A stretch of DNA of 64,000 bases from Blasia pusilla (Eukaryota): NCBI GenBank assembly GCA_050084515.1, contig CM114271.1:27404001-27468000 (forward strand), read 5' to 3'. Position 1 is the stretch's first letter, and every line of letters begins with the position of its first letter. Under the pieces are notes generated by a model that was not told the DNA's origin, did not search any database, and saw only the letters and a program-made list of their open reading frames with translations. The translations under genes and the position numbers were made by a program. Shown piece by piece: positions 1-13,780 of the stretch.

Positions 1-523
1 AGCTCAAGAAAATGATATTCGACTTAGAGGAATGCCACTAAAACACACCCATTGATTAGGTTCCTTGCAAGAGGGGAAAAAATAAATCTCTCTTTAAGTT
101 TAGATGATCTCATGCACACTATTTATTGTCCAGATCTTGTAGTAATATTATAGTATATAGAATTAGACCAATCGCACCCATAATCACATAACTTACGATT
201 GTATTATTATGATATCGGGTTTCATACTAATAAAGAACAATAATATTCCACCAGAGTTTCTCAAATAAATCTTGCAACTCTATCATCATAACATAGATAG
301 AGTTAGGCGTATCGGTATCTAGATTCAGACTTGGAAACACTAAATAAATGCTAATCCATTGCAAACATTACATGATTCTCGCAGTTCTATTATTATTATA
401 ACGGAGAGTTTGGCATATTCATCCCTGATTTCACACTCCAAAAGAAGAAAGAGTAGTCCCATGGCACATAGAGTTCCATCCATCGATCGATCCCCTTGGA
501 GATCCACGTTCTTACTTACTTAC

Positions 524-3500
524 CAGCGGGAATGGTGAGGCACAAGTCCTTGAAGATTTGGGAGTCGGGGCGCGAAGGGTAGCAGAAGTCCACGTTTCGG
601 AACTCCATTCGTCCTTCCAACTTCGCCAGAGTTTGCCCACTCATATTGTCGCAATCGATCTCTGGTATTCGGTCGATCATAGCAAAGATGCGCATGGCGG
701 CTGACCGTCCCTCTGAAAAGTACTTCAGGTTGGGGAGGGCAGTCCCCAAAGCTCTGCACAAGCAACCCCAAAGTTGCCATGTCATCCTTCTCTCTCTCAT
801 CAACTTCTCGCCCAAAGTTGCCATGTCATCCTTCTCTCTCTCATCAACTTCTCACCAAAAGTTGCCATGTCATTCTCCTCTCATCAACTTCTCACCCAAT
901 TCATCAACAGCTTCGTCCCATTTGAGATGAGTTGGCAGAAGCTTGTGCGGTCATGGTGGCTCTAGAGAATCATGGTCTTAGGGAAGTGGGCAGAAATGGA
1001 CTCTAATGGCGAAATGGGCCTTGGGGAGTGGAAAAAAATCCTCGTAGCAATTGAAGAATTTGAGGGAGGGAGAATATGATAAAGAGGAATGCCATGATAT
1101 GAGGATACATTGAGGACAACGTGATGCAGTGGAATGGCAATTGTGTGCAAGGAAACTAAATTTGGTCAAGAGACCAAAAATAAATAAAGATTCTTTTCGA
1201 GTCAATATAATGATAACAATAAAGCCGAAGGTTTTCGAACTTAAATTTCTAGACTCACCACATGGAAAGTAAAATTCTCGCAAATTCAAACAACCTAAAT
1301 CAGTACCTTTATCACTATAATCATAATAAATTGAAACTCATATGGAAGACTTTTAACTTCTAAGGATGGTAAAGTAGTGAAACAAAAGAGTTGAATCAGA
1401 TTAGAAGCCATAAAATAAAAGGAGACGAAAAAAGACTCTCGTAATAAAAAGAAGGAAGAAAAAAATCTTAGAAAGAAAATGAAAAGAACACTCTGAAAAT
1501 AGAAAGGAAGGACGTCCCTGAAAAGAAAAGAAACCGGTAGAACGAAAAGAAAAGAAGAAACTGACGAAATAAAAGAAAATGAAAGGAAGGAAACTGAAAG
1601 AAAGTAAAATCCTAAAACAGCAAAACAGAAAAGAAAAGAAAGGAGGGAGGGAGGGAGTCGCTGGCTCACAATCCGCCCGTCAACATGCCGAGGCCGGACG
1701 TGATGATTCTCCCGCCGTTGATTCCCTCGTTGATGACGAGCTTGCTCCCGTACCAGGACATGAATCCCCACAGCGCGAAGTTGACGCCGTTGAGGCCCAC
1801 CGCGAATCCCTTCGCCATCCCCATCTTCTTCCCCAGCTCAACCGTGCTCTCCAGGCTCCTGGAGAAGCGCGCGCGTGTCTTCTCCTCGCCCACGAACGAG
1901 TACACGGTCCGGATCGACGATATCGCCTGCTCCGCGATGGATCCGGCCTCCAAGTACGTCACTTGCATCTTCCGCGCCAGGCTCGTCAGCGTCCTCCCGT
2001 ACACGATCCCGGGGATCACCAGCAGAGGCGAGAAGCTCAGCAGTATCAGCGACATCTTCCACACCAGATAGAACCCCACCACATAGCCGCCCACGAAGCT
2101 GGAGATGTTCGCCACAAAGTGGCCCACCTGTCATGCCAACGCACACGCGATCGATGGTTCATTCACTCCCACTCATCGGCTCATCACCTCTCCCCAATTC
2201 TTCTCACATCCCGGACCATCCGCCAATCAAACTGCCTACTCCCCAACGTGAATGAAAAATTCACACATTTGCCTATTCATATTGTTATGGGCTGTTGAGG
2301 GTTGGATTGACACAAGAAAACGCTTTTAAACTCCTTTATGATTGTTCCTGCGTAGACGCATATCATGCGCACGTCCTGGGAGATGGTCATTCCTCTATAC
2401 ATGAAAGTCGCATCCTGAGGCTGAAACCCCCCAAAACATTATAGACGGGTGAACTCTCAAAGTTGAGTACTCGCTCAACTTAACGGGTCACTGTAAGTCA
2501 ACTACACAAATCGATCTCTAGTGAATTCTGACTGGTGTTGGAAGTGGTACGGAATGGGTTTGCGTGTTCAATCGGTCTCTGGCAAGCCAAGTATATGTTA
2601 TGAAAGGTTACCGGATCTTTGATGTACAATTGGACTGTTTAAAGAGAATTTCCAAGAACCATCCAAACTCGGACATGGATCCTGGATTGGATCAGCTGAG
2701 GTTCGGATCGACAAGGTATCATGGATGCAGTGACATGGACTAAATATATGCGCACTTGCCCGACAATTCCAGCTCGCAAGACAAGAAGAATGTCATTGAG
2801 GAGCGAGGTCACAATTGCTGCAGTCAATGACTCGACTTCGAACAATGCCGATTCGGAGTCGAATTCTACTGCAGTGCTGTCGTAATTTCGGAGGTCGACT
2901 GTGGATGACTTAGGGACACTAGAGCTATGAATTCGATGTGCATGACATCGATCGTCGACCTCTGGGCGGAAGGTCCAAACGCTCTCAAGTACGTACCTTC
3001 TCGCTGATGGCATCCTGAATCGTCAAGCAGTCGCTGGAGACGCTGTTGACGACCTCGGCCGTGTTGGCTCCTGCAGTGTCGAAGAAGCCCTGATTTTGTC
3101 TCAGAATGGCCCTGAGGTACATGAATCGGAGCCGACTCGTCTGCCTCTCGCCTGTTTTCATCCAGCACGACGCCTCTGCACGCCACGCTCCACTGCTCCA
3201 TCAGAAATTCCGTTTGCATATAGAAACAAGTCTAGAATAATACCCATATCTCAGTCCACGAATCTCCCGTGACTTCCCTCATTCATTCAGAATCCTCAAT
3301 CATTTACGAGACAGATGTGCAAAACAATCGCCATTTCTAGAAGAGTGCACAGAGGCCTGCGGAGTTGGGTCTTCACGTGAACCCAACTGCTGGATGGGTA
3401 TATGCACTCTCTCTCTCTCTCTCTCTCTCTCTCCCTGTGTGTGAGGCTAGACACCCCAAATCAAACCATCCGGGAGATAGCACCACCAAGAAATCACTCA

Positions 3501-5607
3501 ATGACATGACTGCAGACATGCCAGGGCTGGACAACTCTGGAATACATATACATGGATGACAGCGGGGTGGGGGAGGGGGGGAATATGAAACGTGGAGATT
3601 ATGAAACCACTCCCCTCTCTAAGTATCAGAAGAGCAGCTCTTAGAAAGGGAGAGAGAATTGGGTTGATTTTTTCAAGTCCACGGGAAGCCTATTGGACCC
3701 CTCCATACGAGTTCAGCCAACCGGCACCTTCAGAATCCAGATTTTCAAGCAGTTCTGCTCGGGGTTCGATTCCACGACGGAGATTTGAAAGACGGTTTAA
3801 AAAATCGCAAGCTTGCTGGAATAAGTGGAGGTGCTCACTCACCTAGGTAGCACACGATGAAGCAGCCGACTGCCAAATAAACGAATCGAAGGACGTACTG
3901 CAGGAAATCAAATGCCGAACAACCACAAGTTAAAACACATCAGCTGCTGCAAGGACTACTGGGTACGCTCTGGTGCGATAGCTCGAGAATTTAATGTCCA
4001 ATCCATCCGCAACACAAATCAGCCTCAGCCTCATCATAATTGAGTCCACTCTGAAGCTACTACCTTCTCCAACGATCCGTCAGTTCGTCATTTTCGATCG
4101 ACCATACCGTTAACCAGATCTATTCACATAAAATATGCACGAAACGAGCGAACGATGAATGCGACTCGACTTCTTGGGTGTGTTGCTCATAACCAGCTCT
4201 CTACATATATCTATACACGCAACAACTCATTTGACCCATATTTGCATTGCAGTACTTCCCACCTTGTCATCCCAGCGAGGACAATGAGACATCTATCAAA
4301 GAGGGCCAACTGTCTAGCTCGCCTGCATGCAGTCGACCACGATATCATATTGCACGGTGACCGACTCCATTCGTGACATTCTTGCGATCTTTCTCCAGAA
4401 CCATCTCGACTGTCAGCAACCTACCCCCAGCTAGGTTCCCAATCCCGTACTCCTTCGAAATCTCAAAGTCAATCCTGCAGTGCTCGGTTCCCAGCTACAG
4501 CTCTCAGATGTACATATAATTAAGTGCTCGTGAATCTCCTGCTCAAAATATGTTACAGAGAGGATCTATGGAGTCGGACGGGGCCATCAGCACCGGACGT
4601 GTGTAAGGCAGACGTGACGAAAATCGGACATTCATGAGAGATTCGCAAGTCCGTGGAGTGCTAGGTTCCCAGAGCCGAATGTGATACGTATGCGCATATA
4701 AGGAAATAAAGAAACATTCATTCCGTGCCAGAAGTATTCAAAAAGGGTCTCCGCAGTCGCGACCATAGCCCCAGAGGTGATGTAGAACCTAAACAAGCGG
4801 ACCAAAATCTCACGAGAGCTTTGGAAATCCGAGGAGCTCACGGTTTTACTGTGCACACAGGATGCGTGAAATAGCGAGAGGGTCTGTGTAGTCCGGGGGT
4901 TGGGGAGGGGCATTGGTACCAATCGGTCGAGCAAGCTCGCTACACGTGGTGACAAGCTGAGAAAAAACCAATTTGAAAGGACACGGGGATTCCTACGGGT
5001 CCGTGGTCGCTGTCGATCAATTCTCTTGTAGAGCCGTGGAATGTACATGTTTGCTGCGGAGAGATATGCATACCTTATTGATCTCGTGCTCGAAGTAGGC
5101 GGGGTCTATGGAGTCGGGGCCCTTGGTACCAAACGCGTCGATCAAGCCCGACGTGATGAAGAGGGCAACGGGGAGGGCGATTCCGTTGCCTATTGCACCC
5201 ACAGTGCCCAGGATCATGAGCAGCACGTCTAGAGAATCTGCGTACTTGAACATTTGCAGGAAGGTGACGCGGTTGGAACCGGCGATGGGTCGGCTCTTGG
5301 AGTCGTTCTTCTTCCGGTTCTCGTTGCTGGGATTCCTCTCGTCCTCTTCCGAGCTCCGCTCCAGCTGCGGAAGATCCCCGGCAGCTCCGCGTTTGTAGGC
5401 CGTGGCCTGGTGCCCGGCGAGGGCGTCGACGATGGATTTCTCCTTCTCCACCATCTTCTCTTGCATCTGCAGGAGCTCCTGCCTCTTCTCCACGAGCGCC
5501 TGCTCCTGCTGGAACAGCTTCTCCTCCCTCTCGAGCAGATCCTCTCGTTTACTCAGGATCGCTTCCGTCCGCTGCACCACGTCCCCTCTCGTTTCTATCT
5601 CCCCCAT
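524..5607 (-). CDS. ABCB: ABCB/MDR/P-glycoprotein ABC transporter, 5' part (exons 5607-5074, 3897-3843, 3175-2997, 2127-1670, 753-524); gene continues beyond the left edge
   Basis: GT-AG spliced exons join in frame and give typical plant ABCB TMD1 and NBD1-start sequence: FKYADSLDVLLMILGTVGAIGNG, CWMKTGERQTSRLR, IQDAISEKVGHF, IAEQAISSIRTVYSFVGE, EFRNVDFCYPSRPD. Confidence 0.95.
769..900. repeat. Tandem repeat, ~44-bp unit x3, in ABCB intron 4
   Basis: AAAGTTGCCATGTCATCCTTCTCTCTCTCATCAACTTCTC occurs three times; the third copy is degenerate. Confidence 0.9.
3407..3432. repeat. (CT)n microsatellite in ABCB intron 2
   Basis: About 13 CT units read directly. Confidence 0.95.
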
Positions 5608-6495
5608 GGCGTCCTGCGATCATTCGCGACTCGCGATGGAATAGGCGAATTCTTTCCCCACTGCTAGATCTCCGATTTCAGCCAGGCGCGGACCGATCGA
5701 CCTGCCGGGCAGATCGCTACGTCACGAGGCGGCGGAGGATTCATCTCGAATTCGACGTCCGTATCATCAACTGCTTCATAAAATTACGAATGTACGTGTC
5801 TGATTACGAACGCGCACGTCTATGGCAGAAATGCATCCCAAGCTTCCGCGATGGGTGTCTGTCCCTCCTATCCTCCGTCGACTGGCGGATCGATCCGGCT
5901 GCCACCGCCCACCGCGTGGCAATGCAAACGACGAGCTGCGCTTCCTACAGCTTGGCTATGCAAGCGAGGATCACGATCAGACGTGCTCTCTGTATACCTT
6001 CGGAACGACGGACGATAGAGAGAGAAACTATCGCCCCCACATCAACAGATAATCCGGCCTTCCTCGGAGTCCCCGAAGTGGGATGTACTGTTTATTCCGT
6101 TTGAATATACATCTGCATATAAGTGTGTGTCAGTACGTATTAATCACGCACACGCGTTTGTGTATGTGTGGCGATGAAGTGATCGGAGATCGGTCCACCC
6201 GTCGCGAATTAGCTAGCCTTTGAAGGTGGCAGCCGACTGGCGATGGGATTGCGATCGACTCGGATACTCCGACGCCGAGAGTGGATTTGTGCAGTCTCCC
6301 CCAGGGCCGACGGTGGGCGGGCTCGGATCGATCTGGAGCCGCCGTTGGAAGCTCGAGCGGACTGAATGATTGATACGGATCGGCGGGCGACTGGATTCGG
6401 GGAAAGTTAGCGACGATCGAGCGAGCGGGGGGATGAGCGGAGCTGACTGATATGAGAGCTTTGTCCCACGGCCACAGTTGGCACATGGGAAGGGC

Positions 6496-6900
6496 TTTAT
6501 ATAGGTGGGCTGTTGGGGATTGCTGGGAGGGAGCATCAACTGCCATCAGGTAGGACGTAAGCACGTCCACGTCGCAGTGACATCAGTCAGACCGCCTCGC
6601 GAGCGCTCCGCTGGATTCCTGCCACGTGGAACGGCTGCATCCGGGGAGCCCTTCGACGGAGGACTCTCGCTACCTTGTCGGACGGTATCCGGGGGAGGCG
6701 CTCTGTACGCGGGACCAGTCATGTCTGGCTGAGCCGCTGACGATGGAACTTCAAGGAAGCCGTCCGTGCGGTGTACCGACGGGCCGAGTGGAAGGTGCTA
6801 CGACTCCCCGGTGCCCCACTACCGATCATCATGGTTCCCGCTTTATCATTCCGCGTGTCATCGTGTGGGTGGGCTGACATGCTGTCTCCGACACGTGTCA
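6496..6900 (-). promoter_or_regulatory. Putative ABCB promoter: TATA box plus two G-box/ABRE-like elements
   Basis: Minus-strand TATATAAA at 6496-6503 (~890 bp upstream of the ATG); CACGTG cores in GCCACGTGG (~6621) and ACACGTGTC (~6891). Motif matches only. Confidence 0.45.
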
Positions 6901-9900
6901 CAAATGAGGAAGTCAGCCCGTCGCGAGCGAGGGAACAGGGAGACGATGTCCACGCTGCCAGCAGCGAGAGAGCATGGATTTGAGGCCCATTTTGAGTCGG
7001 GGATACGGTCGTCGACTGTTGCTAGCATTGTCTTTTCTCGCGATGGGAATAGGCCAGGCTCCGGGTAGTTTTCGTTTTCTAGATAACCGGTACATTTCCG
7101 ATCTATGTGAAACGTTCTTTTTCTATATGAAACGTGAGGATATATTTTGAAGAAATTTTAATTCCAGCCGATGTTTTATTGCTAATACAAACGAAACGGC
7201 AAGTCTGAGAGCTAGGTAGGTGAACACGTAACCCCGGTTCTCCCGTTCATTAGAACCGGCCGAGGTCTCAATAAAAATTGATGGTGGAAAGCCATGAAGG
7301 TAACAGTCTGAAAAGGGGCATCCTTATCCGTTAATTCACCAGAGACAACAACGTTAGTAACACCAGGGAGATGTGATTACCATTAAGTGGGTGGGGGTGC
7401 CTCTCACATCCATTCTGCCGAAAGAATTTCCTGCTTTCCGTAAAGAGCCACGTCAGAGTCAAACGTCGGGAAGCGGACACCGGGAACCGCCTGACATGGT
7501 GGTGAGATCGCCTGGCAATACAATCGCCTCGCCGTATATGATAAGTAGATGACCGTCATCCAAGGACCAGTGAACCTTCCGCTGCGTGTCCCCATGGGAC
7601 GGCTCCAGCCGCCCGACACATGCGGAGAGGATTTTGTAGAGAGGGGTCGCACAGACGGATACGGAGTCCCAAGACGGAAGGACTCCTCCTCCCGCAGAAA
7701 GGCTTGCGTACATCGATCGCAATCCGGAAAGTGGCGGTTCAAATCCTCCAAATGTGCCCGTTGTGTCAGCTTTCGCAGCGGTCCTTAAACAGTTATACCT
7801 TGCGGTGTACGCTTCCCTGGCACGGGGTTTGACACCCCTGCCTTTGCAGAGTGCACACTGCACATGTTGTAGCGGCAGCTACCGCCTGCCGCTATGATTT
7901 AGACCCCCATACGCTGCCCTGGATGGGATCATGGGAGGCGTGTGTCCATATTGGGTCCGGGGTCCTGACAGGGATCGACTCCCCTCCGCTCGATCGTCAA
8001 CCGTGAGTAGCTAGGCCACCCTGCGTGGGATGCACCTGATCGCTCGATCTGGTTCGGAACATGGCCTTCCTCCAAGCAGATTTAATTAAATAAATTACGA
8101 TCGAAGTAGTTAAGGGACAATATTTTAGGGGAGATTGGAGAGTAGCCCCTTAACTCCTTAATTTTTATTTATTTTTCTGGACTTTCACTCTCCACTGACG
8201 CGGCCAATTCAGTAATACTCAGGCGATCACATGAGGTATCCCAACTGGTTTGCTTCTGACGATTAGCGCAGCAGCTGATAACGGTAGCTGCTGAATTCCT
8301 GTGTCCATGAGTTGCAAATCGAGGGTAGAAACCGGTACTTTGATCTAGGTAGCTTGTAGATATTCTGGACTCTTTCACGTTTTACGTACATCTCATTCTC
8401 GAAGTTGGGCTGCTGAAGATACATGCTCCTGTCCGGACCTTTACTTTGGATGAGGCGGGAGCTTTATGGATTTTGTTTGATCCATGAGGTGGAACGAAGA
8501 CAGTGAACACTCGGAGTTCTTGATTGGTCATAGCTGTAGCAGGCCGGATCCACGGGGCCTCTGAAATTTTCTTTGAACTCTTAATATTCCAGCGCTTGCA
8601 AATGCTTTGGTTTGATGAGAAGTCTTGGAGAGGTTGATATCAAGTAGGCTCTAAAGCTCAGTCTAAGCTGAGCCATAAATCCGCAAGTAAGGATCCGGAT
8701 CGATCGAGCTCGACGTCTGCTGCTGCTGCTGCTGCCCGAGGCGCAGGGCTTCTGTCTCTGGCAGTCCAGCCGCCTGTCGATGAAAGGTGGGAGGACCGAA
8801 TCCTTTCAAAGTCGCCGCCGGTGGCACTAGTTGTGGTCCAGCCGATGAGACCTCCACCGACGTCCCTCTCTCTCGGACTTCCGCGTGCGCTTGCGCTTGC
8901 GCTGGCAGCTTCGCAGTCTCGGATTGCCTTCAAAACTCGCCCTCGACAAAACATGGGCCGTCGGGCCATGGGTTGGTGGATACCTATCCGAATTCCAGCT
9001 TTACACTTTGCGATACCCATAGCCAATCCATAGTCATGGAGGTACTCATCCGGCGCAGGCGAGTCTATGGGATATCGAATATTGGCGAATGGCCTCACCA
9101 ATCGTGCTCTGCGCGCAGAAGCATATTCAAATGTCACACCGCTATGGGTCCTATGGGTCGGGGACGCATGAATTCGCCTTACGAAACACGCCAGGTCGCA
9201 TTGGATTCGCGCCTACCACTATTAAACGAATCCGAGTCTCCCCTCTCGTAGCCAGAGCACAGAGCGGATGTACGTGCATGCGTCCCTCTGCGGGTGACTG
9301 GAAAGCATGGCTGTTGTAGTTCTAGCCTCTAGGTGCTGTCCGATCGCGTCCACCTCATACACAGTCTACATTTGAAATCGATAAATCAAAAACTTTATTT
9401 CAGTGACTATAGCATGCTCGCTTTTACAGGCATCATTATTATTTTTGACAGCTACGAGTAGCAACTGAATCAGAACTTCAATGTCTCGTCACCATCGTGC
9501 GCACATACGTGTAGGTTACAAACATTATTATGTGTATTTAAATATAAATAAACGGAGTAATTTTATTTCTCGTGATCGTAGTGTATGCATATGAGAGGAC
9601 ATATGTAATCTTGGACACGTAAACGTTAGCGAGGCACCTCTTTGTGGCCGGGACACATGTGCCACCTCTCATAAACCAGTGTGCGAAAGAAATGAATAAA
9701 TTCGCACTTAATAAATTCGCTTACAGTAAATCCGAAATTGTGAATGGTTGAAAGACGGGGCACCACACATGTCATGGGAATACACGAGAGCAGTGTAATT
9801 TTTTAATTTAAAGTAATGGTCCTTGGGAAGAATATTACTAAGTTTTTTTCAAAGACATGATTTCAAAATGAAAAGAGAAAATTGATTCAATTTTTATATT

Positions 9901-11449
9901 TAATTACAACGAATTCTAGCATTCGAGATGAGAAAAAGGCCCTTGTGCTGTACAATGTATAGATCTTTAATATATTCTGAATGGATATTCCACTTTGTAG
10001 TTCAGATATATGCATATTGTTCTAGTTTAATAGCCAATGGGATGAAAAAATAAACTACATCGAAAACTTCCATGAATTACTTTTAAGAGTAAATGAAAAT
10101 ATATATGACGTTATTTCATTTAAAAAATGAAAATCAATCCCCTTGATAATGATTTGAAAATACAAAATACTAATCGATTGATTTTGTATACCAGTAGCAG
10201 CGAGTACCTTACTAATAAGTAGTAGTCGCTAGAAGCGAGATAGATGTGGAATCACCCTTCCTGGGTTTGGATTAGTAATTGTAATGCTGGTTCGTTGCAC
10301 AGGTCCGCAAACGGGAGGTTTTCGATGGCAGGAAGGATTGAAAAGAAGGAAGGACCCCCGCAAAGTTCGAATTCAGACTCCCGAAGTGCTACCCATTCGT
10401 GTCCCGGTGCGAATCGAAAGAAATTGATTTTTAGTAACGGGTTTATGGGACTAAAAATCCATTCTTCTTATTGACATGTTTCTCGATTGTGAGCACAGTT
10501 AGCTCTAGAGGTGTAGGCTTCACAGAAGCCGACATGTGTTTTGTCTGCATTAACGGCCGTGAGGTCCGCTTCTTGCAATGCTTTTCTGGACCGCAGATGT
10601 GCTTTGATTTCCATTCGTGTCCTGGGTTCCGGCCTCTTGCGGTCTATTTTTTGGTTCTCCATGCCCCCTCTTTTTATCGTGATGGGTTTCCATCCTTTTT
10701 CTACATATATATTTAGAGAGACTTCAGTCGCTGAGTGGCGCCCTTCGACGCTGCAATGCAGCTAGGGCCTAGAAAAAGAGGGAGCGAGAGATATCCATGC
10801 GGTACTCTTTTCGTCTTGAGAGCCGGGTCCACACTAACGATTTAACGACCCATGATGGTTCTGGCTATTGATACAGATTTCATCACTGATATGGATCAAA
10901 GGTTGCGATTTTCTGTTTGTTTCTTTGTTAATTTGGCACTATCTCCGTGCGTTCGTATCTGCAGATATTGCGGAGTCACAGTTAATTCCGATGACGAACA
11001 TTTGTTAGGCTTTCTTTGGTTCGGCGATCTTTCCGTGCTTTCGAGATATATATAGATAGTGCCTCCGAAGGTATTATTATCCTCGTTTGTTTGGACGCTT
11101 TATTTTGTGTCCAAACAAAATAACGTTCGTTTGTCTGTTTCTTTGTTCGGCTCGGAACTCCTTCCGCATTTCCGAGCTTTCGATCTATAATTAGCGATGG
11201 ATTTGATCCGGTTTGTTTTCCTTTGGCACTGCTTCTGTTCCTTTCATAGATATGTATATATATACCATTGTTCTGTACCTTCGCTGACGGTGGCTTGTTT
11301 GGTTGCCAGTTTAGCACTCCTTCCAAATTTGCGCTTTCCACAAATTTAGATAGCTGGATCCACACCTACAATTTGGATTCTGCCGGTCTGTTTAGGGTTT
11401 CGCTTGTTTGTTTCTGGAGAAATAGGCGCATTCGCAGAGCTCTGCACTC

Positions 11450-12170
11450 GGTACGTACATGGCGACGGGAACCATCTGTCTCGTCGTTTGATGGATGAGA
11501 AGTCAGCGCAGTAGCGGGTAGGGGGGGGCTCTGGAGTCTGAGAATTATCCGATCAATTTCTAGCGAGATTTTTTCTCAAGGCAAAACGTGGATTAATCGC
11601 AAATGGCGTGCGTCAAGGAGCTGTCTGCCTACATGTGCATACGCGGCTTGCGAGCGTTCATCCTCAGCGGTCGTAATATCCCCCTGCGCACAAGTAGACA
11701 GAGGGACGGACACTTTCTCGACGAATACCGATTCAGCGATTTGCGATGAATTCACGTCGCGCGCGCTAGAGATTTGGGTCTGATAATTCCGTCGGACCTT
11801 AGAGCCCCCTCCCTCCCTCCCTCCCCGCTACCTACCTACATGCGCTGACTTCTCTATCCGTCTACCAAGGCTACAGGTGGATCCCGTCGCTATGGACGTA
11901 GCTAGCCAATCGTGGATGAACGCTCGCAAGCCGCCTATGCCCATGCAGGAGTTTGCCCGGTTGCGAACGTTGAATAGCTGCGTACAAGGCGACGGGATCC
12001 ATCTCTGTTTAGCTTTGTTTGATGGATAAGAACTCGGGGCTGTAGGCTCTAGAGTCCGAGAAAGTTACCTCACAGATTTCTAGCTGAGATCTTCATGAAG
12101 AAAAGAGGGGAGTTCATCGCTTAATCTGTGTGCGTCAAAAAAATTGTCTGTGTATGTGTGCCTAGACTTC
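11450..12170. repeat. Cluster of diverged ~200-bp units in forward/reverse/forward orientation
   Basis: GGCGACGGGA(A/T)CCATCT...TTTGATGGAT..GAAGTCAGCGCA...GCTCT.GAGTC.GAGAA...TTTCTAGC at ~11460 and ~11990, reverse-complemented at ~11765-11895. GCGGCTTGCGAGCGTTCATCC (~11643) is inverted at ~11914. Confidence 0.75.
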
Positions 12171-12879
12171 TTCCGACCGTTTATAAGTCACTAGTGCGTG
12201 GACCCGTTTAAATAACTTCCCACCATGATAATTAACTTTCACGATAAATGATCAGGTCCCGTTTAAAATCCACTCCGATCTTTTCCTTTTTCCGTAAGAG
12301 GATTTTTCAAAATGAGAGGGGCACTCTACTAGAAGATATAGATGAATAGCTGCTCGGAACTTCGCTCATCTTACAGCAGCCGTCCGTCACAATTCGGATG
12401 CCCATCTGAGTCGTAGCTTTCCAGTTCACAGACGTGCATGCATGGATCCCGCAGGCTGGCTCGCCTTCGCGCATGATCAGACAGCGCAGCACTCAAGAAT
12501 GTGAGTCTCTTGAAGCGGAGCCTTGATGACTGCATCTACTAACGAATAAGAGGGACTGTAAGAGGGACGGGACTCGGGAGAGTCGTTGTTTTCGTACTTT
12601 CCCTAACTTTACGCTGCACGTCTTTCCGGCTTCTTTCCCGTACACGTTGACTCTCGTACCCTCTTTTAGAATTTTAGGATTTATCATTTCTCATGCAAAC
12701 AATATTTTTAAGAAATGTACCTTTTTATTTCGGTTTTATCAAAATGTTTTTGCTTTTCACGTACATTTGCTCACTAGTTACACTGAAATAATAATAAGAA
12801 AATAATTGAATAGTAACTAGACGCTAATCGAGCTCGTCTACGTTCATGTGTTGGTACCGGAGCGGAGGCGTGGTTTACT

Positions 12880-13780
12880 GCAAATCCTTTATTCTTCCAT
12901 TTCGTTGTCCTCGAAATATATTCTCGACAGTTTTGCGGTTACGTATTGGACTTCCCCATCCTTCTCTCTTAGGCGTGCCAAATTGTGTATGCGGGGATCC
13001 TATTGATGCCAAGGATATCCATATTCTCCGATGTGCACATGGTGGAGAGCGAACGGCCACACATGATGTCATTAGAGAGGCGGTAGCATCGGTGGCTCGT
13101 ACGGCAGGATATACCGTTGGGCAAGAGCAACTCTATGTCCTACCTTCAACCACACAAGCAACCTCTCGTCTGAGAGTGGATCTTGTTATGTCTCGAGGTG
13201 GATTCCGGACACTAGGTGATGTGGTGGTTCTTTGATCCAACACGTTCGACTTGGTGTGTAGAGTCGCACATACCAAAGGTTTGGCGGCGAAGGCTGCAGC
13301 AAGAATCAAGGAGTTAAGTTATCTTTGTGAGACATGCATCGACGGATTTATTCCGTTTGCAGTGGAAGTATTCGGTCATTTACATGTGTCTTTTGATACT
13401 TTCCTCAAAACATGTGCTCACCACTCCCTCGAGAATCATCACCTTGCCCCTTCCCGTAGTCCTTCTCTCTCAGTTGTTACTACTTATTTTAGGCAATGCA
13501 TCTCAGTGGCCTTACAACGTGCATAAGCCTTGGCATTAATACGTCGTGCGGAGGTGGTGGGAGGTCGCTCGCCTCGTCGTCCATTCACGTCTGACCAACG
13601 ACTCGTGTTCTTGTCAAATTTGTTTCAAGCAATCAATCGTGTTGCTCGTTGAGCCGGTGTTTACGTGGGCTTGTTGCCATTTTCTTTTTGCATTCTTTTA
13701 TGCATTTTTTTACTTCTCTTTTGAGTTGTTATTACCTTTCTTTGTCCTCTTTTGAGGTTTATTTTATAATAAAGTGGTTT
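12880..13780 (+). mobile_element. 5'-truncated, decayed RLE-type non-LTR retrotransposon (CRE/R2-like C-terminus: CCHC finger plus restriction-like endonuclease)
   Basis: Reading across a stop and frameshift gives RLRIG..CVCG..D..H.LRC..G..T(R)HD...G..V..E...RVDLV...DVVV...K...Y...FIPFAVEVFG...ISVALQR. A T-rich 3' region with AATAAA near 13768 follows. Confidence 0.75.

Noticed and set aside
1295-2298. Long ORFs 1579-2298 (+) and 1295-1771 (-)
   Set aside because: Antisense shadow of a GC-rich ABCB exon and low-complexity intron sequence.
7100-11400. miRNA or lncRNA locus upstream of ABCB
   Set aside because: I recognised no conserved plant miRNA or clear hairpin; the short ORFs show no recognisable homology.
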